Shown: positions 38,231 through 50,621, counted from the first letter of the whole stretch. The stretch is 63,243 nt of DNA, filler included, from Octopus bimaculoides (GCF_001194135.2; 5 parts of 5 records of this genome joined end to end with filler, not necessarily neighbours in it), one strand, 5' to 3'. Numbers and translations are program-made. Notes: generated by a model from the sequence alone, not told the origin.

Positions 38231-38480
38231 ATTTTATTACTCTAATTTGCAATTGTTTCATCTTAATTCAATTCAATCAATCTTACCATATTATGTAATA
38301 ATACATGCAATTATTGATTACTTACCATGTGCCATTCAGGTCAATCCTAATAGTACATGTTGAATAAGATACTTCAGAAAAAAAAATATATATACAATAG
38401 CAGCTTATATTATTACATAACATTTCAAGATAGATTGTACTGAATTAAGATGAAACAATCGTAAATTGGGGAAGTAAAAT
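38231..38480. mobile_element. MITE-like foldback element with ~62-73-bp inverted arms
   Basis: 38242-38303 versus the reverse complement of 38408-38469 gives 52/62 identity, with a perfect 19-mer attgtttcatcttaattca / tgaattaagatgaaacaat. Confidence 0.75.
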
Positions 38481-38659
38481 TACTTGCGTGTGTGTGTATG
38501 TGTGTGTTCGTGTACATGTGTGCGTGTTTGTGTGTATGTGCGTGTCTGTGTGCGCGCGTGTGTGTGTTTTTGTTTGTATGGGTGTGTCTCTCTGTATGAG
38601 TGTATATGTTTATAAGCGTGTATTATTTAAGGTAGATCAAATAAAATCTTTATTACAAT

Positions 38660-38970
38660 CAACCCATTTTTGCCAAAGAGCTTATGAATTCTTTGAACGC
38701 ACTTTCAGCATTGGCTTGATTTTTGAACTCCTTCTATAGCAGGAAACCATCAAGGTGCTTGAAAAAGTGGTAGTCGGTCGGAGAAAGGCCTGCAGAATAA
38801 GCTGGGTGGGGAAGAACTTCGTAGCCAAGTTCCCTCAAATTCTGAGGCGTCATTAGTGAAACGTGTGGTCGAACATTCTCATGAAGAATGATTGGCCCCC
38901 TTCTGTTGACCAGTCTGGGACGAAGAAATAGCAGCAGTTTTTCGTTCATTCAGTCAATTTCATGGCAATA
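38660..38970 (-). pseudogene. Mariner (DD34D-type) transposase C-terminal fragment
   Basis: RPRLVNRRGPIILHENVRPHVSLMTPQNLRELGYEVLPHPAYSAGLSPTDYHFFKHLDGFL, then after a frameshift EFKNQANAESAFKEFISS. Confidence 0.9.
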
Positions 38971-39070
38971 NNNNNNNNNNNNNNNNNNNNNNNNNNNNNN
39001 NNNNNNNNNNNNNNTTAATTAATTAANNNNNNNNNNNNNNNNNNNNNNNNNNNNNNNNNNNNNNNNNNNN

Positions 39071-39125
<55 letters not shown>

Positions 39126-39384
39126 AAAGAAGAAATGGTGAAATTGACATATAGACATATATTTATTCAAAGATATTCAAATTACAATGATATGAAATCA
39201 TTATCCCTGCAGCTGTATCCATGTCCAGTTAATTCAATTAGTGAAATTAAATTAAATTAATTTTAAATTTTCATACTGAAACTGGTTAATTGGATGTTTC
39301 GCTGAACGATGGTATAGACAGGAGAACAAGGATGCAAACATCCCTTACAGGATTATAGGTTCTTGATATGATCATGTATATATT

Positions 39385-39526
39385 CCTTTATTCTTTTATT
39401 TGTTTCAGTCATTTGAGTGCAGCCATGCTGGAGCACCGCCTTCAGTCGAATAAATCGATCTCAGGACTTATTCTTTGTGAGCGTAGTGCCTATTCTATCG
39501 GTCTCTTTTGCCAAACCCTATTTCCT
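39385..39526 (-). mobile_element. SINE family A, 3' end
   Basis: ttcttttatttgtttcagtcatttgagtgcagccatgctggagcaccgcc...ctattctatcggtctcttttgccaaacc. Confidence 0.8.
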
Positions 39527-39559
39527 GTTGGTTGAAATTCGAAATAAAAACGTTTATAT

Positions 39560-39598
<39 letters not shown>

Positions 39599-39599
39599 T

Positions 39600-39701
<102 letters not shown>

Positions 39702-39709
39702 TGCGTTCA

Positions 39710-39760
<51 letters not shown>

Positions 39761-40127
39761 GCATGTATACTTACATACATGTACACAAATGCATATATAT
39801 ATGCTTTCATACACACACGCGAACACATATACATATATATGATAATATAACAAACGAAGGGAAAAAGAAACGATTCGTTCAAAGGGATGTAAAACATCCA
39901 ATCCACGGGTACGACAGTTGAATACCACAGAAATAGGGGTATAAATACAAATTTCAAATAATGAATTATATAGAGAAATGCAATTGACAATCTAACAATT
40001 TATTACATAATAATATAATATAATATAAATTTAATATAAGAAAAGATAATATAACCAATTTAAAAAACAAATTAAGTCAACAATTTATCTACATTAATTA
40101 TTTCATTTATAGACAATTCATATCTAA

Positions 40128-40360
40128 GTGTGTATGTCGTTGCGTCTGTGTTTGTCCCCCATCAACGCTTGACAACCGGTGTTGGTACGTTTACGCCCCC
40201 GTACTTTAACGGTTCAGCAAAAGAGATCGGTTTAATAAGTACTAGGCTTAGAAACATAAGTCCTTGTTTCGATTTCTTTACCAAAAAAAAACACAACCTT
40301 TCAAAGTGGTGCTCTAGCATGGCCTCAGACTGAGACAAGTAAGAGAATAAAAGTATAAAA
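40128..40360 (+). mobile_element. SINE family A, 3' half
   Basis: tgtgtttgtccccc.atcaacgcttgacaaccggtgttggt...aataagtactaggctta...gactgagacaagtaagag. Confidence 0.75.
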
Positions 40361-40363
40361 GAA

Positions 40364-40412
<49 letters not shown>

Positions 40413-41048
40413 CCTTTTNNNNNNNNNNNNNNNNNNNNNNNNNNNNNNNNNNNNNNNNNNNNNNNNNNNNNNNNNNNNNNNNNNNNNNNNNNNNNNNNNN
40501 NNNNNNNNNNNNNNNNNNNNNNNNNNNNNNNNNNNNNNNNNNNNNNNNNNNNNNNNNNNNNNNNNNNNNNNNNNNNNNNNNNNNNNNNNNNNNNNNNNNN
40601 NNNNNNNNNNNNNNNNNNNNNNNNNNNNNNNNNNNNNNNNNNNNNNNNNNNNNNNNNNNNNNNNNNNNNNNNNNNNNNNNNNNNNNNNNNNNNNNNNNNN
40701 NNNNNNNNNNNNNNNNNNNNNNNNNNNNNNNNNNNNNNNNNNNNNNNNNNNNNNNNNNNNNNNNNNNNNNNNNNNNNNNNNNNNNNNNNNNNNNNNNNNN
40801 NNNNNNNNNNNNNNNNNNNNNNNNNNNNNNNNNNNNNNNNNNNNNNNNNNNNNNNNNNNNNNNNNNNNNNNNNNNNNNNNNNNNNNNNNNNNNNNNNNNN
40901 NNNNNNNNNNNNNNNNNNNNNNNNNNNNNNNNNNNNNNNNNNNNNNNNNNNNNNNNNNNNNNNNNNNNNNNNNNNNNNNNNNNNNNNNNNNNNNNNNNNN
41001 NNNNNNNNNNNNNNNNNNNNNNNNNNNNNNNNNNNNNNNNNNNNNNNN

Positions 41049-41103
<55 letters not shown>

Positions 41104-41473
41104 TATAATATGTGTGCCTATGTGTGTGTATGTGTGTGTGTCTTTATATTGTATGCGTGTAGTAATAAACATATGGTCACAGAAACGCATGCCGTTTACG
41201 TGTGTCGTGGAGCTACTGCAAACAGCAGTGAAATTTCATCCTGCAGTCTTAAAAGGACACGTTGCTTAATATGGTGTAAGGTTTCAGGCGCACCGGAAGA
41301 AGAATTGGCCATCACGTCTGGATTGCCTTTGATAAAATGTGTGTGCTCGATCCGGGCTGAACTGGAGTTAAACATCATAGAACACTTAACGCCCCATTGT
41401 AGTTTTAGCATCATACTTGCATATACGCGCGCGCGCGTGTATGTATGTATATATATACCTATATATATACATA

Positions 41474-41787
41474 GGCGCAGGAGTGGCTCTGTGGTAAGTA
41501 GCTTGCTTACCGACCACATGGCTCCGGGTTCAGTCCCACNNNNNNNNNNATGTATGTATGTATGTATGTATATGTTTGTGTGTCTATGTTTGTCCCCCCC
41601 TCCAGCATCGCTTGACAACCGTTGCTGGTGTGTTTACGTCCCCGTCACCTAGTAGTTCGGCAAGACAGACCGATAGTGTAAGTACTAGGCTTACAACGAA
41701 TAAGTCTTGGGATCGATTTGCTCGACTAAAGGCGGTGCTCCAGCATGGCCGCAGTGAAATGACTGAAAGAAATAAAGGAATAAAAGA
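41474..41787 (+). mobile_element. SINE family A (interrupted by a 10-N gap)
   Basis: ggcgcaggagtggctctgtggtaagtagcttgcttaccgaccacatggctccgggttcagtcccac, then the 3' module to gactgaaagaaataaagg. Confidence 0.85.
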
Positions 41788-41871
41788 ATATATATATATA
41801 ATATATTACGTATGTGTATATACGTATATTAATCTCATACATGTATGTGTGTTTATGCGTGTATATATACG

Positions 41872-41930
<59 letters not shown>

Positions 41931-42349
41931 CGAAGCCCAAATATATTTTTATATTCTTTTATTCTTTTACNNNNNNNNNNNNNNNNNNNNNNNNNNNNNN
42001 NNNNNNNNNNNNNNNNNNNNNNNNNNNNNNNNNNNNNNNNNNNNNNNNNNNNNNNNNNNNNNNNNNNNNNNNNNNNNNNNNNNNNNNNNNNNNNNNNNNN
42101 NNNNNNNNNNNNNNNNNNNNNNNNNNNNNNNNNNNNNNNNNNNNNNNNNNNNNNNNNNNNNNNNNNNNNNNNNNNNNNNNNNNNNNNNNNNNNNNNNNNN
42201 NNNNNNNNNNNNNNNNNNNNNNNNNNNNNNNNNNNNNNNNNNNNNNNNNNNNNNNNNNNNNNNNNNNNNNNNNNNNNNNNNNNNNNNNNNNNNNNNNNNN
42301 NNNNNNNNNNNNNNNNNNNNNNNNNNNNNNNNNNNNNNNNNNNNNNNNN

Positions 42350-42483
42350 NATAGTGCTTATTCTATCGTCACCTTCTACCTAACCGCAAAAGATACTGAT
42401 AGATTAAGTACTCGGGGACGTAAGCACACCAACAACGGTTGTTAAGCGGTGATGAGAAAACAGATACAAAGACGTACACATGT

Positions 42484-42520
<37 letters not shown>

Positions 42521-42960
42521 AGTTGATATATATATACACACATATATGTATAACGAGGGGCTTCTTTCAGTTACCACCTACCACATCCACTCACAAAGCT
42601 TTGGTCAACCCGAGACTATAGTAGAAGACACTTGCCAAGGTGCCACACAGTGGGACTGAACCTGGAACCATGTGGTTGAGAAACAAGCTTCTTACCACAC
42701 AGCCATGCCTGCACCTATATACATGTGCATATTTCCTTTAAATATTCTTTTCTATTCTATGCACAAGGCCTGAAATTTTGGGGTAGGGGGCCCAGTCGAT
42801 TAGAAGACCCCAGTACGCAACTGGTACTTAATTTATCGACTCCAAAAGGATGAGAAATAAAGTTGACTTCAGCAGAATTTGAACTCAGAACGTAAAAACG
42901 GACGAAATGCCGCTTAGCACTTTTACTCGGCGAGCTAACGGTTCTGCCAGCTCGCCACTT
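42350..42960 (-). mobile_element. Family A copy (-, ~42350-42716) and family B copy (-, ~42762-42960)
   Basis: gggcttctttcagtt...cactcacaaagctttggtc...gtgggactgaacctggaaccatgtggttg, then gcacaaggcctgaaattttggg...gaatttgaactcagaacgtaaaaacggacgaaatgccgcttagcac...ctgccagctcgcc followed by (TAA)-rich sequence. Confidence 0.8.
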
Positions 42961-43149
42961 TAATAATGCATGAATAATAAATAATATATGAATAATATTA
43001 ATAATAGATGAATTATAAATGATAATTAATTGATTAACTAACCCTGCCAGTTCGAAATTGGAGCTTCTGTACAATAATGTGGCACTTAAATGAACTACAT
43101 GTTTGTTTGGCAGACAAGTTTGGAAATGATAAAACTGTGTTCCGCAGTC

Positions 43150-43830
43150 ACCGTCCCACCAAAGCCTGCAGTAAATAGAATATACCTACTTGAAACACAA
43201 GTAGAAAGAAAAACTTTTTGGGTCCAATATGGGGAAATTTGTAAGTGTAATATTAACACGAAGGAAATATAAATTGTTCCCTTTTATATACGGAAACAAA
43301 TAGCGCTTTTAGTGAAGAAAATGATTTAGGTAAGGCCGAAAATAACAGAAAGGACTTCAAAAGTAAGTGAACAAAATCTAATATATATCTTAAAGAGAAT
43401 ATAGGATAGAGATATAGCACTGCATGGTCATCACCCAGCAAGATTCAACGGTGAGGAAGTATGCCAGATCAAAAGCAATAATGGTTGAAAAGCTCTGGGT
43501 TAAAAGCAAAAGCAGAAATTTTGACTGTAGCGATTCAGATGACAATGGCTAGTCAGGAATAATTAGAAAAATAATATAATGACAGACGATAGTAATGCAA
43601 TATCATCAACACCATGAAACGGTTGGCCACCTCATTTCCGGCTGACCAGCAATTGCCAAATTTCTACATACGCTCACAGACACGAAAAGAGTTGGTGGCA
43701 TTAAAACTGGCCAACGTGTCACTTCGACATGAAAATAATTTGGAAATAATATGAAATATGTACCAAAAAACCGATGCAAGGAAAACGAGATTGCTATGAT
43801 CACGTGAGACATGTCTGTTGAGATTAACCA
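43150..43830 (+). mobile_element. Decayed R4/Dong-clade LINE fragment (post-RT region, CCHC knuckle, start of RLE linker)
   Basis: Peptides LHGHHPARFNGEEV, WLKSSGLKAKAEILTVAIQ (cf. WL.SSGLK.ETEG.I.AAQDQ), HETVGHLISG*PAIAK (cf. ET+.H++SGCP.LAK) and ENEIAMIT*DMSVEINQ (cf. ENE.ATILWDMP+.TDRE). Confidence 0.7.
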
Positions 43831-44820
43831 GGAGATCATCTGGGACATGTCTGTCTAGATTAACTAGGAGATTGTCTGGGATATATCTGTCCCGATTTAC
43901 CAGGAGATCATCTTGGACATGTCTATCCAGACTAAACAGGAGATCATCTGGGATTTGTCTGTCTAGATTAACTTAGGAGATTGTCTGGGNNNNNNNNNNN
44001 NNNNNNNNNNNNNNNNNNNNNNNNNNNNNNNNNNNNNNNNNNNNNNNNNNNNNNNNNNNNNNNNNNNNNNNNNNNNNNNNNNNNNNNNNNNNNNNNNNNN
44101 NNNNNNNNNNNNNNNNNNNNNNNNNNNNNNNNNNNNNNNNNNNNNNNNNNNNNNNNNNNNNNNNNNNNNNNNNNNNNNNNNNNNNNNNNNNNNNNNNNNN
44201 NNNNNNNNNNNNNNNNNNNNNNNNNNNNNNNNNNNNNNNNNNNNNNNNNNNNNNNNNNNNNNNNNNNNNNNNNNNNNNNNNNNNNNNNNNNNNNNNNNNN
44301 NNNNNNNNNNNNNNNNNNNNNNNNNNNNNNNNNNNNNNNNNNNNNNNNNNNNNNNNNNNNNNNNNNNNNNNNNNNNNNNNNNNNNNNNNNNNNNNNNNNN
44401 NNNNNNNNNNNNNNNNNNNNNNNNNNNNNNNNNNNNNNNNNNNNNNNNNNNNNNNNNNNNNNNNNNNNNNNNNNNNNNNNNNNNNNNNNNNNNNNNNNNN
44501 NNNNNNNNNNNNNNNNNNNNNNNNNNNNNNNNNAGATCATCTTGGACATGTCTATCCAGACTAAACAGGAGATCATCTGGGATTTGTCTGTCTAGATTAA
44601 CTAGGAGATTGTCTGGGATATATCTGTCCCGATTTACCAGGAGATCATCTTGGACATGTCTATCCAGACTAAACAGGAGATCATCTGGGATTTGTCTGTC
44701 TAGATTAACTTAGGAGATTGTCTGGGCTATATCTGTCCCGATTTACCAGGAGATCATCTTGGACATTTCTAACCAAATTGACCTCGAGACCATCTTGGAC
44801 ATGTCTGTCCAGATTAACCA
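43795..44820. repeat. 36-bp minisatellite with 3-monomer (108-109 bp) higher-order structure; gap 43990-44533
   Basis: Monomers begin ggagat at 43831, 43867, 43903, 43939, 43976, then 44568, 44604, 44640, 44676, 44713, 44749. Three variants recur in a fixed A-B-C order on both sides of the gap. Divergent edge monomers at 43795 and 44785. Confidence 0.92.
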
Positions 44821-45421
44821 GGGAATAAAGATGTGAAGCTTCCAGGTTTTCACCTCTTAACTGTTAAAAACAAGAAGGTTGAAGAACCATCAAAGCCCAG
44901 GTGAGCTTAGAACAGAAGACAGGTACTACATTTCGCCTTCTTTTATCCTTTAACTGTTTCGGTCATTCCAATGCGGTCGGAATGTGAATAAGCTGGATGT
45001 ATGCTTTGGAGAAAATGTCAACAAGGATTAGAATATCATATGTGGTATGTTGATTGAATCGCTCAAGCTGGTTGAGCAGCTCACGATCACGAGATCTGGA
45101 GTGGACGGGCCTTTGTGTCACTTCATTTCCCGTTACTTTAGTCTACTCAGATGGGTGTACAAGTTAGTTACTAATGCAATGTGGTCTTTCCTCTACCAAA
45201 ATGTCACAGCTTAATTGGGCTTCTGGGTCGATTTGAAGGGGTTTCAGAAGGCATTTATATCGACTGGCCCCTTCCCCCAAAATTTCGGGCCTCGTGCTAG
45301 AGTAGAAAAGAAAAGAATATTCTTATTTAAGAATAATAAATTTGTACTCTATGAGAGTATAGAGTATACAGTATTTCATCAGATTATTGTAAAATTGTTA
45401 CAATTTATAACTCAACATAAA

Positions 45422-45457
<36 letters not shown>

Positions 45458-45464
45458 ACATAAA

Positions 45465-45514
<50 letters not shown>

Positions 45515-45900
45515 AAACATGTATATGTGTACGTATATATGTATATATANNNNNNNNNNNNNNNNNNNNNNNNNNNNNNNNNNNNNNNNNNNNNNNNNNN
45601 NNNNNNNNNNNNNNNNNNNNNNNNNNNNNNNNNNNNNNNNNNNNNNNNNNNNNNNNNNNNNNNNNNNNNNNNNNNNNNNNNNNNNNNNNNNNNNNNNNNN
45701 NNNNNNNNNNNNNNNNNNNNNNNNNNNNNNNNNNNNNNNNNNNNNNNNNNNNNNNNNNNNNNNNNNNNNNNNNNNNNNNNNNNNNNNNNNNNNNNNNNNN
45801 NNNNNNNNNNNNNNNNNNNNNNNNNNNNNNNNNNNNNNNNNNNNNNNNNNNNNNNNNNNNNNNNNNNNNNNNNNNNNNNNNNNNNNNNNNNNNNNNNNNN

Positions 45901-45943
<43 letters not shown>

Positions 45944-45974
45944 TATATAGATATATAGATATATATGCATATAT

Positions 45975-46143
45975 ACATACACGCACAAATGTCGGGCTTC
46001 CTCACACTTTCCGTGTGTCATACAAACCCATCGGTCGGCAAGGGGCTATTGCTGATGACATTTGCCCAACTTGCCGCATAGTGGGACAGAACCCGAAAGT
46101 ACATGATAACAAAGCGTGCTTCTCAATCACACAGCCATGCCTG
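45975..46143 (-). mobile_element. SINE family A, degenerate 5' half
   Basis: gtcgggcttcctcacactttccg...catttgcccaacttgccgcatagtgggacagaacccgaaagtacatg...cacacagccatgcctg. Confidence 0.6.
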
Positions 46144-46486
46144 CAACTTCTTGCCTAAAATCTGAAAAGCTCTACACCCTGAAATTACTTCCATAGCAAC
46201 CCAACAAAGTAAATAACACGTGTCTCTTGACAACTAATCTAAGGAACCATCGCCAAACAACACACAACGTTCTTACCACAACTGCTGCTCAATAAATTCA
46301 TTCAACGCTATCACAGGAAGATGGTTGACCAACCACCACCACCACTATCCCCGCCTCCGGGTTTGTAGCCTTGCGAGCAGAATGGTGATCTCATTAGTGC
46401 TGGTTTCAGGTAAAAGCAAGAGAAACCAGTCGCAGTGTAAGGTGGTCGACGCCAAGAAGAGCAACCAGCTATAGAAATCATGCTAT

Positions 46487-47216
46487 AGGGGGTTCCTATA
46501 AGGTTGTTATCCACCCCTGATTGGAACTCTCCCGTATGACATGTACGCATGCTTAGTGACTTGCTTTAACAGGTGCAATCAGCTGAATGCACATTGCCAG
46601 TCACCTTTGACATAATTACCCACACTCTGTGGTCAGGATTCTTTTTTTGGTTTGATGTCGGTATTGAAGGGATTACCAGACACCGGACAATACAGTGAGA
46701 GCAGCTTTCACTCACATCGTGGTATTCGATGCTGTGTACGTGTCTGTCGTGGTAAAATATGCCACTCCTTAACTGTTGCTTTGCTTTCATCCGTAGCACG
46801 AGGTAATTATGTCATTATCTGTGAAATTCGGCAACTTACAAAGATCTTTAGATCAGGCAATACTTCACCGAGAGGAGATATAAGCTTCTGCTTATTCCTG
46901 TCTGAAGTATCGTCCGATACTTCAAACTTATCGTCCGATGAATTCACTTTGTTGACATTCTTCATCGACAGAATTTTTATTCCTTTCAACCTTTCAGTCA
47001 AGTCCGCCTTTCTTCCAGTAACATACTGTCCATATAATCTTAAATATTTCTTTAACTCAGACACAGTAAGTACTTCGATAGCTGAATCATCAAGCTGCTT
47101 TATATTCATGATAAGACGTAAAACAATAACAATGGTGTGGGTAGTCTCCGGAAGTTTAATTATCTACATGGAGCGCCGCCTAGCCAAGGGAGATAACCTA
47201 CTTATAAGAAAGCCCT
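46487..47216 (-). mobile_element. TIR-bounded DNA-transposon derivative (ISL2EU/PHIS-like) with a decayed SAP + SWIM ORF
   Basis: 46483-46511 versus the reverse complement of 47192-47220 gives 23/29 identity. Both ends carry CTATAG, with AT dinucleotides at 46485-86 and 47217-18. The internal minus-strand ORF is described in the next feature. The superfamily assignment is inference. Confidence 0.65.
46566..47109 (-). pseudogene. SAP-domain plus partial SWIM zinc-finger protein (transposon accessory ORF), frameshifted and truncated
   Basis: ATG at 47109: LTVSELKKYLRLYGQYVTGRKADLTERL (SAP pattern), ...GEVLPDLK. Frameshifts near 46810-46835 (LPNFTDND, then NYLVLRMKAK...). Continues HCIVRCLVIPS...HRVWVIMSKVTGNVHSADCTC*, the first half of a SWIM C-x-C motif, cut before the G..C.H half. 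Confidence 0.7.
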
Positions 47217-47976
47217 ATAGTATACTCTTGAGCACGATGCAGTTCTTTGAGCCATCAGATTCTGTCAATGTTTCCAACCCATGCCAGCAAGAAATATTGG
47301 ACGTTATATGATAGCAACGATACTGATGCTACTGATGTTGCTGGTGGTAGTTGTGGTGTTGGTGTTGGTGTTGTTATTGTTGTTGGTGGTGGTGGTGGTG
47401 GTGATATATTCTTTCGTAGAGAAGTAACCAACACTAATATTAACGACTCACATTCTACACAATTGCCACTCAATACTATAACAGGGATCGGTAAATTTCT
47501 TTCATCTTTTAGTAGCATCTAATGCTACTAAAACGGATCTATCTCTGATATAACAACCGACAGTAGAAATATTCCACGCAATCACAAACTGAAACAAAAC
47601 TATGGTCGCAGCGCACACGGCTCACAGATTAGATGCGAAATACAAACACTATCCAAAAAATTAACAAATCACATATTGCACATAACTTTCACAAAGGAGG
47701 ATACAATATAATAACAGTCCAAAAACAAGAAACTAAATCCGACTTCACACACGCATGTTCACATACACACATAACCCACTCACTAAATATATGTATGTAT
47801 GTATGTATGTATGTATTTATGAGTGTGTATAATATATAATTTATAAAGAGAGAGAGAAACAGGGAGAGAAAGGGGACAGACAGACAGACAGACAGACAGA
47901 CAGATAGGTAGATTGACAGATAAACAGACAGACAGATAGACAGACAGATAGATAGATAAGTAGGTCGGTAGGTATG

Positions 47977-48030
<54 letters not shown>

Positions 48031-48505
48031 CTAAGGCACCTTTGCTGATGCATCAAAACAGATATACCGCAGTGTCAATGCAATAAGAATGAATCAACAT
48101 TTTGTTGCCCCCTGTTGTTTCGCAGAGGAGAGCGGAAATGATAACATGGGAGCGTAAAGAAAACAAAGAACATATATATATATTTAAAAAGCAATATATA
48201 TAAGCACAAATATTACGCAGTAAGACCAAGTGTCTACGTGTTTAGAAACGTTGTAGCTGTACTCGGGTTGCTGTGCTGGCGTGGTCTCGTGGCTTGGTTA
48301 TGGCGCTTAATGAAAGGAAGAAGTGTTCTACATGAGAGGTGGGGGTTCTAGATGAGAGGTGGGGGTCGGGCAAGAAACACCTGTATATCTCTCAGCATCA
48401 TCAATGCTGCTCGATATGAATGGTAGGGAAAAATGCTCTAAGTCACCGAAATCATTGTGATCTGCAATCGACAGCCGATGAAGGGAACGTATGTGTGCTC
48501 CTACA

Positions 48506-48550
<45 letters not shown>

Positions 48551-48886
48551 TATATATGTTGTTATATTTCGGGATGGTCATTTTATTTATATATTTATTC
48601 GTTTACCAAATAAGCACATGCACTCGTATATTTTTTTCTTTACTTGTTTATTATCGCTCTTATTTCATTATTTTAACTTATGTCCATTGTCCGGAAATCT
48701 TTCGTCACACATCTGTGCCCTCTTCGGCGACACTTTTCGTTTCCGTGTGTTTTCTTGCTCCATTTACTCCATTCTGTTCTTTGAGATGTGTATATTTATG
48801 TACGCATGCGTTTATGTCCTTGTGTGTGTGTGAGTGTGTGTGTGCGTACGTACGCGTGTATGTATGTGAGTGTGTGTGTATGGTCG

Positions 48887-49330
48887 TGTGAGTGGCTGTG
48901 TGGTAAGTAGCATGCTTACGAACCACATGGTTCCGGGTTCAGTCCCACTGCGTGTCACCTTAGGCAAGTGTCTTCTACTATAGCCTCGGGCCGACCAAAG
49001 CCTTGTGAGTGGATTTGGTAGACGGAAACTGAAAGAAACCCATTGTATATGTATATATGTATATATATATGTGTGTTTGCGTGTCTGTGTTTGTCCTCCC
49101 AACATCGCTTGACAACCGATGCTGGTGTGTTTACGTCCCCGTAACTTACCGGTTCGGCAAAAGAAACCGATAGAATAAGTACNNNNNNNNNNTTACCGGT
49201 TCGGCAAAAGAAACCGATAGAATAAGTACTAGGCTTACAAAGAATAAGTCCTGGGGTCGATTTGCTCGACTAAAGGCGGTGCTCCAGCAAGTCAAATGAC
49301 AAACAAGTAAAAGAGTAAAAGAGTAAAAGA
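48887..49330 (+). mobile_element. SINE family A, full length (assembly-duplicated segment around the 10-N gap)
   Basis: gagtggctgtgtggtaagtagcatgcttacgaaccacatggttccgggttcagtcccactgcg...aaacaagtaaaagagtaaaagagtaaaagag. Confidence 0.9.
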
Positions 49331-49377
49331 GATATATAATATATGATATATATACATATATATATATATATGTGTGT

Positions 49378-49675
49378 TATTTCTTTACTACCCACAAGGG
49401 GCTACACACAGAGGGGACAAACAAGGACAGACAAACGGATTAAGTCGATAATACCGACACCAGTGCGTAACTGGTACTTATTTAATCGACCCCGAAAGGC
49501 AAAGTCAACCTCGGCGGAATTTGAACTCAGAACGTAGCGGCAGACNNNNNNNNNNTTTAATCGACCCCGAAAGGCAAAGTCAACCTCGGCGGAATTTGAA
49601 CTCAGAACGTAGCGGCAGACGAAATACCGTTAAGCATTTCGCCCGGCGTGCTAACGTTTCTGCCAGCTCGCCGCC
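49378..49675 (-). mobile_element. SINE family B variant with a different 3' end
   Basis: Reverse complement starts ggcggcgagctggcagaaacgttagcacgccgggcgaaatgcttaacgg. The central module is present; the 3' end is ...gtgtgtagccccttgtgggtagtaaagaaat. Confidence 0.8.
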
Positions 49676-49691
49676 TATATATATATATGTA

Positions 49692-49723
<32 letters not shown>

Positions 49724-50621
49724 CATACATACATACATATATATAAGTATGCGCGCGCGCACGCACTGATATGCATACACGAAGACACATCTATTTTTAT
49801 AATATAGAGCAAAGGAAAACGTTGTAGCATCACCTTTGTGAATGGAGCCTAGACTTTGCTGTAAACTGTATAGACGTGCTCTCCACTAAACAGACACACA
49901 CACACACATACATACACACACATGCATATACGTACATACATACATCCAAGAATATATGCATACATATACAAACTCACACACATTCATCTGTGTTTCTGCA
50001 TGTATGATGTTGGTAACTTGTATTGAATAGACTCTTTGGAGAGTGAGATTTAAGATCTGAGCAAAACGCGACTACGACACCGTTTGAGGTGTTAGCACAT
50101 TTCATGAATAATATTTTTCAGAAGGGCATAACACATAACATTCACCACTTGCTTTCATCACTCTCACCTAAACTTCAGTTTTGTTATAACTTTATCGAAA
50201 TCATAGTGTGCATAGTTGATAAAATGTTTGTGTGTGTGTGTGTATGTATATTTCTGTACATAAGAAATTAAAATGTTAAGGGAATAAGAAGTTTTGTCAT
50301 GAAAACTCATTACCTTACAGCTGTTTCTGCGATAAAATGCAATGCATTGATAGTTAAATGCTTCTGTCAGAGCTTCAAGAATGAAGTGGAATTTCATTCA
50401 AGAAAGTGTTTACATTTATATCACCTGAATATAAATATATTCTAATGTAAAATTGCATTTCAGTTTTGAAGATTCGACAAAGCTATATGTTGATACACAA
50501 GCACTCTGTTATGAATACATTGCTTCTTATATAACAGAAACAACTGTAAGATAATGGAAGTTCATGGCATAAAATCTCATTTCCTAGTCATTTTAAAATA
50601 ATGCCAATGTTGATAATAATA

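Noticed and set aside
46652-47311. 219-aa + strand ORF
   Set aside because: It is the antisense shadow of the SAP/SWIM ORF and has no recognisable domain or typical composition.
49146-49229. Exact 37-bp direct duplication flanking a 10-N gap, and a ~65-bp one at 49482-49620
   Set aside because: Identical sequence either side of a 10-N placeholder is typical of unmerged overlapping contig ends.
50310-50435. Possible minus-strand exon (tttatattcag acceptor, gtaatg donor)
   Set aside because: All frames between the sites that I tried contain stops, and there are no partner exons.
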